Assembly: GCA_045577755.1 (NCBI GenBank)
Contig: JAZNJA010000090.1
Location: 2,144 to 66,143 of the forward strand
Origin: Eubacteriales bacterium
Lineage (GTDB): Bacteria > Bacillota > Clostridia > Oscillospirales > CAG-272
Direction: 5' to 3'
DNA: 64,000 nt
Position numbers and translations under genes: made by a program. Position 1 is the stretch's first letter; each line of letters begins with the position of its first letter. Below are positions 34,036-41,661 of this stretch, in pieces. Below the pieces are notes generated by a model. It saw nothing but the letters and a program-made list of their open reading frames with translations, was not told the origin of the DNA and ran no database searches.

Positions 34036-36369
34036 TTACAGCTTGTTGCGCTGGATCTTGCCGCTGATGGTCTTGGGCAGCTCGTCGCGGAAGACCACGA
34101 TACGGGGGTACTTGTAGGGAGCGGTGTTCTTCTTGACGTAGTTCTGGATCTCCTTCTTCAGCTCCTCGGTGGGCTCGGTACCCTTCACCAGGACGACGGA
34201 GGCCTTGACCACCTGGCCGCGGACCTCGTCGGGCTCGGCGGACACACCGCACTCCAGGACGTAGGGCAGCTCCATGATGACAGACTCGATCTCGAAGGGC
34301 CCGATGCGGTAGCCCGAGGACTTGATCACGTCGCCCACGCGGCCCACGTACCAGTAGAAGCCGTCCTCATCGCACCAAGCGGTGTCGCCGGTATGGTAGT
34401 AGCCGTCGTGGAGGACCTCGTCGGTCTTCTCCTGGTTGCGGTAGTAACCCAGGAAGAGGCCGCAGGGAGCCTTGTCGCCCACCTTGATGACGATCTCGCC
34501 CGTCTCGCCGTCGGGGACGGGGTTGCCGTCGGGATCCACCAGCATCATGTCGTACAGGGGCGAGGGCTTACCCATGGAGCCTACCTTGTGGGGATTGCCC
34601 ATGAGGTTGGCGATGGACAGGGTAGTCTCGGTCTGGCCGAAGCCCTCCTTGATCTGGAGGCCCGTAGCCTTCTCGAACTGGCGGTAGACCTCGGGGTTGA
34701 GGGCCTCGCCCGCGGTGGTCATGTGGCGGACAGAGGAGAAATCGTACTTGGAGATGTCCTCCTTGATCATCATGCGGAGCATGGTGGGAGGCGCGCAGAA
34801 GGTGGTGATCTGGTACTTGGCAAACATGGGGAGGATCACCGAGGCGTCGAAGCGGTCGAAGTCGTAGGTGAAGACCGCGCCCTCGGCCAGCCACTGACCG
34901 TAGAGCTTGCCCCACAGAGCCTTGCCCCAGCCCGTATCCGAGATGGTGAAGTGGAGGCCGTCCTCGCTCACACCGTGCCAGTACTTGGCGGTGATGTAGT
35001 GGCCCAGAGCGTACTTGTAGCTGTGGGCGGCGATCTTGGGATAGCCCGTGGTGCCCGAGGTGAAGAACATGATCATGGGATCGTCACCGCAGGGGGTGTC
35101 GTCGCCGCGGTAGAAGTGAGCGGAATAGAGGGGGAACTCCTTGTCGAAGTTGCGCCAGCCCTCGCGGTCGCCGCCCACCAGGATCTTGGTCTTGAGGGAG
35201 GGAGACTCGACCTCGGCCAGCTCCACCTGACGGGCTACGTCACCGTCGGCGGTACAGACGATGGCAGACACCTCGGCGGCGTTGAAGCGGTACTCCAGAT
35301 CGTGCTTGACCAGCTGGTTGGTGGCGGGGATGGCGATGGCGCCCAGCTTATGGAGGCCCAGGATGGCGAACCAGAACTGGTAGTGGCGCTTGAGCACCAG
35401 CATGACGCGGTCGCCCTTTTGGATGCCCAGAGACTTGAAGTAGTTGGCGGCCTGGTTGGAGGCGCGCTTCATATCGTTGAAGGTAAAGCGGCGCTCCACC
35501 ATGTCGCGGGAGATGTGGAGCATGGCCAGCTTGTTGGGATCCCGCTTGGCGAGGGCGTCCACCACGTCGAAGGCGAAGTTGAACCGATCCTCGTTCTTGA
35601 AGGTGATCTTCTGCAAAGCCCCGTTCTCGTCCACCACGGTGTCGATGAAGGGGGTGGTGACCGTCTCGGTGGCGGGGAGCGCCTCGGTATGGACCTGGCG
35701 CAGAGTCTCCTGCACCAGCTCGGCAGACAGGGCGCTCTCACCGGGGAGGACCACCGCCATGAAAAGGCAATCCTGGCCGTCCACGGCGATCATACCGTGG
35801 GGGGTGGAGGAATTGTAGTAGATGCTGTCGCCGGCCTCCAGGTACTCCACGTTGGAGCCGACCTGGACCTTCAGCTTGCCCTCCAGCACGAAGTCGAACT
35901 CCTGACCCGCGTGCTTGACGAGATGGATGGGCTTGTTCTGCAGCTCGGGGTCGTACTCGTAGCGGACGCGGTAGGGCTCGGCGATCTTCTTGCGGAAGAG
36001 GGGGGCCACCGACATGATGCTGATGCCCGCCTCCTTGGCGGTCTCCTGGCCCTCGCCCTTGCGGGTGACGGTGTAGGAGGACAGATGGGCGGAGCGACCC
36101 TCCAAGAGATCGGTAATACCAATGCCGAAGGCCTGGGCGCACTTGTGGATGAATGTGAAGGGGAAGTCCAGCTCTCCCGCCTCGTAGGCCACGTAAGCGG
36201 CGTTGCTGACCTCGGTCTTCTCGGCCATCTCGGCTACGGTGAAGCCGCAGATATCACGCATCTCGCGGATACGGATCGCGACCTCCTGGAGCTTCGCCCG
36301 GTCGTTCGCTCGGGCATTGGCCGAAGCGGCGACCGTATCTACGGCATTCGTTCTTGTTTCTTTTGCCAT
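34036..36369 (-). CDS. fusion protein: XRE-type HTH plus cupin plus AMP-forming acyl-CoA synthetase (777 aa), paralog 2
   Basis: AAGGAGG RBS. Same architecture as 31252-33579. The C-terminal ~110 aa are nearly identical between the two. Confidence 0.88.
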   Translation of the reverse strand: MAKETRTNAVDTVAASANARANDRAKLQEVAIRIREMRDICGFTVAEMAEKTEVSNAAYVAYEAGELDFPFTFIHKCAQAFGIGITDLLEGRSAHLSSYTVTRKGEGQETAKEAGISIMSVAPLFRKKIAEPYRVRYEYDPELQNKPIHLVKHAGQEFDFVLEGKLKVQVGSNVEYLEAGDSIYYNSSTPHGMIAVDGQDCLFMAVVLPGESALSAELVQETLRQVHTEALPATETVTTPFIDTVVDENGALQKITFKNEDRFNFAFDVVDALAKRDPNKLAMLHISRDMVERRFTFNDMKRASNQAANYFKSLGIQKGDRVMLVLKRHYQFWFAILGLHKLGAIAIPATNQLVKHDLEYRFNAAEVSAIVCTADGDVARQVELAEVESPSLKTKILVGGDREGWRNFDKEFPLYSAHFYRGDDTPCGDDPMIMFFTSGTTGYPKIAAHSYKYALGHYITAKYWHGVSEDGLHFTISDTGWGKALWGKLYGQWLAEGAVFTYDFDRFDASVILPMFAKYQITTFCAPPTMLRMMIKEDISKYDFSSVRHMTTAGEALNPEVYRQFEKATGLQIKEGFGQTETTLSIANLMGNPHKVGSMGKPSPLYDMMLVDPDGNPVPDGETGEIVIKVGDKAPCGLFLGYYRNQEKTDEVLHDGYYHTGDTAWCDEDGFYWYVGRVGDVIKSSGYRIGPFEIESVIMELPYVLECGVSAEPDEVRGQVVKASVVLVKGTEPTEELKKEIQNYVKKNTAPYKYPRIVVFRDELPKTISGKIQRNKL

Positions 36370-36395
36370 GGTAGTGTCCTCCTTGGGATCGTTTA

Positions 36396-36687
36396 CGAAT
36401 AAAAAAACACACCTGCCTCAAAACACTTTGAGACGGGTGCATAACACTCGCGGTACCACTCAAATTGCGGAAAAGCTTCCGCCACTCTTCGGAATCCAAT
36501 AATTCCTATGCTCTCACGCGGCATCCACGGGAGTCTCTACTTTCATCCATGGGACGGGTTCAAGTCCTCCGGCTCGGAAGGGATGGGTCTCTCAGGGGAA
36601 TACCGTCTGCTCGCACCAACCGCCGACTCTCTGTACGCATCCGACCTTGACCGTCTTCGTCATAGCCTTTGTCTTTTTATTCGATTG
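36396..36687 (-). promoter_or_regulatory. T-box riboswitch leader 3 (inferred Ile specifier AUC)
   Basis: AGAGAG, then GGUUGGUGCGA loop. T-box AAUUUGAGUGGUACCGCG. Terminator hairpin followed by UUUUUUUAUU. Specifier slot AUC-C at 36584..36581. Confidence 0.75.
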
Positions 36688-36692
36688 CGCGT

Positions 36693-36721
36693 ATTATAGC
36701 ACAATTTCGTTGACTTGTCAA
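36693..36721 (-). promoter_or_regulatory. consensus sigma-A promoter driving T-box 3
   Basis: Minus strand: TTGACA, 17 nt, TGC-TATAAT. Confidence 0.7.
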
Positions 36722-36846
36722 TAGGTTTGCGGAAATTTTCACGGCAAATTCCCGCATTTTTTGAGGTTTTTCCCTTCCCTCCCGCCTCAAGGAAGAGCGC
36801 ACCCCGCAAAAGCAGGGCGCGCGTGAGATCGTATGGGAAAAGAGAC

Positions 36847-39045
36847 TCAATCCTTCCGCTTCCCGCAGGCCACGGCGGCGGCGATGGCGGTCAGCAGGAC
36901 GCCCGCGGAGACGGTCACGGCCGAGCCGCAGCCGCTCTTGGGCGCCTCAGTCTCGGGAGCCTCGGTCTCGGGGGCCTCGGTGGGCATCTCGGTGGGAGCC
37001 TCGGTAGGCTCCTCCGTAGGCTCTTCGGTAGGCTCCTCGGTGGGACCCTCGGTAGGCTCCTCGGTAGGCTCCTCGGTGGGGGCCTCGGTCTCCTCTGTGT
37101 AGCGGGTCACCTTCTCGATAGTCAGGTAGTGGAGCAGCTTCTCGGCGTTGCCCGCGGCGGCCACGGCCACGTAGACGGTGAAGCTGTCGCCCTCCTCCTT
37201 GGAGAGGTCAACGGTCAAGCCCTCAAAGCGGCCCTTCTCGGCGGTGGGGAGCTTCATGTTGCCCTCATTGGTGGCCTTGTCCAGGATGGCCTGCTCGGCA
37301 TCGGTGAAGGTGCCGTCAGTACATTCGTACCAATGGAGCCTGTCAATAGACCAGTAGTGCTTGCTCTGACCGCCGTTGACCTGGGCCCAGCCCTTCAGGA
37401 CCAGCTTGCCGTCCTCGGTGAGCATCAGCTCGGACAGAGTGGCGGGCCGGATGGCGGCGGCCTTCTGCTCGGCGGACCAGGAGGAGGTGTAGGCGGGATC
37501 GCGGCGGCCGATGAGGTCGGTGTAGTCCACGCCGTTGACGTTCTCCACCTGAGCCATATAGCCATAGGCGTAGGAGGGCTCCACCTTGAGGTCAGCGCCG
37601 TCGGTGTCGGGAGGCTCGGGAGCCGAGAGGCCGATGCCGGGGAGGGTATAGGTGGCGGCGGTCTCCAGGTTCTTGGGCTCGATGTCAACCCCCTTGTAGA
37701 CGATTCCCATGCCATGGATAACGGCGCGGACGCTGTTGTTTCCGTCCACAGCCGAGGAGCGGCGGACGTAGTTACTGCCCGACAGGGTCACCATGGTGGT
37801 GGATCCGCCTCCGTCCATGAGGATGGCGGTGTACAGCCCCAGCTCCTTGCAGAGGGAGGGGAGGTCGGTCATCTTGCAGGCGTTGCGGGTGCCGTCCACG
37901 GTGGCGGTGGTGGCGATCATGACCACGGTGCCGTCCTTCTTCATGCCCAGGATGGTGCAGGGATAGTGGGTGTTGTTGCCGGGCTGGCCCGTGGCGTTGC
38001 CCTTCTGCATGAGGGTGAAGAAGCCCGCCATGGCCTCGGTGACGCCCGCCCAATCCGCCTTCTGGGAGGAGGTCATCATATCCGAGAGAACGTTGGGGGT
38101 CATGGTAACGGTGTCGCCCACCTTGAACTTGTCGGTGACGCGGTTGACGGCGCTGCCGCGGGCGGAGATGACCACGGTCTTTTCGGTGATGGCGGGGCGC
38201 TCGGCCTTGTCACCGCTCTTGAAGACGGCGACCACCTTACCCCGGGTCTCCTTGCCGATGCGGAAGGCGGAGTCGGAGCACTCCAGATACACCTCGTAGG
38301 CGTCCTCAAAGGCGAAGGACTCGGTGCCGCAGCGCTGATTGTAGAGGATCACCGAATTGGGGGCGGGGAGGCGGTTGATGCCGTTGGCCGTCACCGAGGT
38401 GTTGGTGGTGACGTTCTTCATGGCGATGGTGATGGTGGGCTGACCGATCATGGCGGTGCCGTCGGCCTTGATGGCGAAGACGGGACCGCGGGAGGCGCCG
38501 GTGCCTCGCTCCACGTTGTCGTTGCGGGCCAGGTTGTTCTCGTCGTCGATCTGGTGGGAGGCCCACAGCTCGCCCCCGATGATCATGGTACCGCGGGAGA
38601 CGCTGACGTGCTTGACCGAGGGGCCGGTGGCCTTGACGCCGTCGCCGTCGTAGTCGGTGTGGTGGACGATCCAGGGATCGCCGTTGATGGCGGCGATGAC
38701 GGTGCCGTCGCTGTGGGCCTTGTTGTAGGCCACGGCGTTACTACCCATGGTACCCTTGGTCCAGGTGTATTCACCGCCGTTGAGCACGGCCATAGTGAGC
38801 TTATCCGAGGGGATGAACTCGATGACGTTCAGAAGGCCGTCGGCGGCGGAGCTGTACTTGGAGCCCTTGCTGAGCAGGTACTGGGTCAGGGCGATACCCG
38901 TGTCGGTGCCGTCGATCTGGATGGCCTGGGTGTCGGTCTTGACTGCCCCCGTCACGGCGGGCGCGGCGGAAACCGTCACGGCGCAAAGCCCCGCCAGCAT
39001 GGAGAGGCAGAGGAAGAGAGAGAGGATCCTGACTGAAAGCTTCAT
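36847..39045 (-). CDS. secreted phosphodiester glycosidase (NAGPA/DUF2233-like) family protein with a C-terminal membrane anchor (732 aa)
   Basis: Signal peptide MKLSVRILSLFLCLSMLAGLCAVTVSA. AAINGDPW and ILMDGGGSTTMV motifs. (PTEE)n linker, then SGCGSAVTVSAGVLLTAIAAAVACGKRKD. Confidence 0.8.
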   Translation of the reverse strand: MKLSVRILSLFLCLSMLAGLCAVTVSAAPAVTGAVKTDTQAIQIDGTDTGIALTQYLLSKGSKYSSAADGLLNVIEFIPSDKLTMAVLNGGEYTWTKGTMGSNAVAYNKAHSDGTVIAAINGDPWIVHHTDYDGDGVKATGPSVKHVSVSRGTMIIGGELWASHQIDDENNLARNDNVERGTGASRGPVFAIKADGTAMIGQPTITIAMKNVTTNTSVTANGINRLPAPNSVILYNQRCGTESFAFEDAYEVYLECSDSAFRIGKETRGKVVAVFKSGDKAERPAITEKTVVISARGSAVNRVTDKFKVGDTVTMTPNVLSDMMTSSQKADWAGVTEAMAGFFTLMQKGNATGQPGNNTHYPCTILGMKKDGTVVMIATTATVDGTRNACKMTDLPSLCKELGLYTAILMDGGGSTTMVTLSGSNYVRRSSAVDGNNSVRAVIHGMGIVYKGVDIEPKNLETAATYTLPGIGLSAPEPPDTDGADLKVEPSYAYGYMAQVENVNGVDYTDLIGRRDPAYTSSWSAEQKAAAIRPATLSELMLTEDGKLVLKGWAQVNGGQSKHYWSIDRLHWYECTDGTFTDAEQAILDKATNEGNMKLPTAEKGRFEGLTVDLSKEEGDSFTVYVAVAAAGNAEKLLHYLTIEKVTRYTEETEAPTEEPTEEPTEGPTEEPTEEPTEEPTEAPTEMPTEAPETEAPETEAPKSGCGSAVTVSAGVLLTAIAAAVACGKRKD

Positions 39046-39133
39046 GAGCGTATCCTTTCTTGGTTGGGATGGTGAGACCGCGCAAGTCGGAAAAGGGCTT
39101 GCGCGGTAACGATTTTTGGAATGAGTGAATGCT

Positions 39134-39421
39134 TTACGCGAAGAATCCGAGAATGACCCAGATGAGGAAGAAGACCACCGACATTCCCCCCAGAAAGATC
39201 AGCATGGGGCCGATCATGGAGCGGACGGCGGAGACGTAGGTCTGCCAGATGCTTCCCGCTCGGGTAGTGGGCTGACGCTTTTGCTTCTTGTAGGAGGGCT
39301 GTACAGGACGGCGCAGGGGGGTATTCCCCCGCACCCCCGACATATCGGCCACGGTGGAGCCGTCGTCGATATACGTGATCTTTTCCTTCTTCTTCTTGGG
39401 CTGCTTGCCGTCCTTTCCCAT
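39134..39421 (-). CDS. small basic tail-anchored membrane protein (95 aa), hypothetical
   Basis: Starts 6 nt after the oppF stop. Lys-rich N-terminus, one C-terminal TM helix (MLIFLGGMSVVFFLIWVILGFF). GC3-rich codons. Weak RBS. Confidence 0.5.
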   Translation of the reverse strand: MGKDGKQPKKKKEKITYIDDGSTVADMSGVRGNTPLRRPVQPSYKKQKRQPTTRAGSIWQTYVSAVRSMIGPMLIFLGGMSVVFFLIWVILGFFA

Positions 39422-39427
39422 AGCAGA

Positions 39428-40441
39428 TCAGACCTTGTGGCAGGCCACGAAATGGCCCGGCTCCACCTCGCGGTAGACGGGAGCCTCGGCGCCGCACGCA
39501 TCACAGGCCTCGGGGCAACGGGTATGGAAGCGGCACCCCGCGGGAGGATTGGCGGGAGAGGGGATATCCCCCTTCAGCACGATTCGCTCCATCTTCTTAT
39601 CGGGATCGGGGTTGGGAATGGCCGAGAAGAGGGCGCGGGTGTAGGGGTGGAGGGGATTGCCGAAGATGTCCTTCTTGGCGCCGAACTCCACCATGTTGCC
39701 CAGATACATGACGCCGATCTTGTCCGAAATGAACTTGACCACCGACAGGTCGTGGGAGATGAAAAGGTAGGTGAGGCCTCGCTCCTTCTGGAGCTTTTTC
39801 AGAAGGTTGATGATCTGAGCCTGAATGGACACGTCCAGTGCCGACACAGGCTCGTCGCAGACCACCAGCTTGGGGTTGACCGACAGAGCGCGGGCGATAC
39901 AGATACGCTGGCGCTGGCCGCCCGAGAATTCATGGGGGTAGCGCTCGTAGTAGTAGTCCCGGAGACCGCACTGCTCCATGAGGTCGATGACGTAGTCCTT
40001 GACCTGGGAAGGAGGCACGATCTTGTGGACCTTCACAGGCTCCGAGAGGATGTCGCCCACGGTAGCGCGGGGCGGCAGGGAGGAGTAGGGGTCCTGGAAG
40101 ATGATCTGCATCTCGGTACGGAGGGAGCGCATCTGGGTCTTGGAGTAGTTCGTAATATCGTTGCCGTCGTAGATGATCTGTCCGCCGTTTGAGGGGTGGA
40201 GCTTGAGGATGGTACGGCCCAGGGTGGTCTTGCCGCAGCCCGACTCGCCCACGATACCCAGGGTCTCGCCGGGGTAGAGGTCGAAGGAGACGTTGTCCAC
40301 GGCGATCAGCTCCTGCTGGACCTTGCCCGTCAACGACTTCTTGATGGGGAAGGCCTTGCGGAGATCCTTCACCGAAAGGAGGGGCTTGCGCTCATCGGCG
40401 GTCTCAGCGGCCTCTGCCGTCATATTCTTGGTATCAGCCAT
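39428..40441 (-). CDS. oppF: oligopeptide/dipeptide ABC transporter ATP-binding protein
   Basis: Walker A GESGCGKTT, signature FSGGQRQR, and the C-terminal oligopeptide-type extension with Cys residues. Confidence 0.9.
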   Translation of the reverse strand: MADTKNMTAEAAETADERKPLLSVKDLRKAFPIKKSLTGKVQQELIAVDNVSFDLYPGETLGIVGESGCGKTTLGRTILKLHPSNGGQIIYDGNDITNYSKTQMRSLRTEMQIIFQDPYSSLPPRATVGDILSEPVKVHKIVPPSQVKDYVIDLMEQCGLRDYYYERYPHEFSGGQRQRICIARALSVNPKLVVCDEPVSALDVSIQAQIINLLKKLQKERGLTYLFISHDLSVVKFISDKIGVMYLGNMVEFGAKKDIFGNPLHPYTRALFSAIPNPDPDKKMERIVLKGDIPSPANPPAGCRFHTRCPEACDACGAEAPVYREVEPGHFVACHKV

Positions 40442-41657
40442 GGCTCTCCTCCTCTCCGTACAGGTGACAGGACACGAAATGGGTGGGGCTGACCTGCACC
40501 ATGCAGGGGTAGTCCCCGCCGCACTTCTCGATGCAACGGTCGCAACGCTCCTTGAAGTAGCAGTGGTTGGGCATATTCACAGGGTTGGGGACGTTGCCGG
40601 GGATGTTGAACAGGGTATCGCTGTCGGAGTCCATGGTGGGCTTGGACTTCTGCAGGCCGATGGTGTAGGGATGGCGGGGATCGTGGAAGATCTCGGCCAC
40701 GGTGCCCATCTCGATGACGCGGCCCGCGTACATGACCACCACGAAGTCGGCCATCTCGGCGATGACGCCCAGGTCGTGGGTGATCAGCAGGATGGAGCCG
40801 TCCATCTTGTCCTTCAGGTCGCGGAGCAGATCCAGGATCTGAGCCTGGATGGTCACGTCCAGAGCCGTGGTGGGCTCGTCGGCGATGATGAGGCGGGGGT
40901 TGCAGGCCAGGGCCATGGAGATCATGACGCGCTGACGCATACCGCCCGACAGCTCGTGGGGGAATGCCTTGTATACCCGCTCGGGGGCGGCGATACCCAC
41001 CAGGGAGAGCATCTCCATGGAGCGGGCCCGGGCCATCTCCTTGGTGGCCCCGGGGACGTGGATGAAGGTCACCTCGTCCAGCTGCTCACCGATGGTGAAC
41101 ACGGGGTTGAGGGAGGTCATAGGCTCCTGGAAGATCATGGCGATCTGACGGCCGCGGATGCGGTGGATCTCATGGATGGGCATGGAGGCGATGTCGAAGA
41201 CCTTGTCCTCCATCTCAAAGAGAGGAGTGCCGTTGTGGTCCGCCTCACCCGTGGGGATGAGGTTGCCGTGGCTGTCCCGCTTGAAGTCGTGGGAATTGAA
41301 GCGGATAGCGCCCGAGACGATCTGTCCCTGGGGGCCCTGGAGCAGCTGCATGACCGACATGGAGGTCACGCTCTTGCCGCAGCCCGACTCGCCCACGACG
41401 CCAACGGTGGCGTTCTTGGGGACGTTGAAGGACACGCCGTTTACGGCCTTGACCACGCCCTGATCCGTGAAGAAGTAGGTGTGCAGATCCTCGATCTCCA
41501 GGATGTTGGCGGGATCCTTCATCTCGGTGGTGAACTCGGATTCGTCGGCCCGTCTGTGCTTGCGCTTCTCCAGGGCGTTCATGATCTTGCGATTCTCCTT
41601 GGCGATGGCGCGGACCTCTTTACCCGAGAGGTAATGGGAGCTTTTCTTTTCTGCCAT
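40434..41657 (-). CDS. oppD: oligopeptide/dipeptide ABC transporter ATP-binding protein (with N-terminal extension and an insertion after Walker A)
   Basis: [18 protein letters not shown]. 407 aa. Overlaps oppF by 8 nt. Confidence 0.9.
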   Translation of the reverse strand: MAEKKSSHYLSGKEVRAIAKENRKIMNALEKRKHRRADESEFTTEMKDPANILEIEDLHTYFFTDQGVVKAVNGVSFNVPKNATVGVVGESGCGKSVTSMSVMQLLQGPQGQIVSGAIRFNSHDFKRDSHGNLIPTGEADHNGTPLFEMEDKVFDIASMPIHEIHRIRGRQIAMIFQEPMTSLNPVFTIGEQLDEVTFIHVPGATKEMARARSMEMLSLVGIAAPERVYKAFPHELSGGMRQRVMISMALACNPRLIIADEPTTALDVTIQAQILDLLRDLKDKMDGSILLITHDLGVIAEMADFVVVMYAGRVIEMGTVAEIFHDPRHPYTIGLQKSKPTMDSDSDTLFNIPGNVPNPVNMPNHCYFKERCDRCIEKCGGDYPCMVQVSPTHFVSCHLYGEEESHG

Positions 41658-41661
41658 GGTA

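Noticed and set aside
36940-37090. Short tandem nucleotide repeats (GGTAGGCTCCTC-type periodicity) that might have suggested a CRISPR or VNTR locus.
   Set aside because: They are in frame within the 36847-39045 CDS and encode the (PTEE)n linker. There are no spacers of unique sequence.
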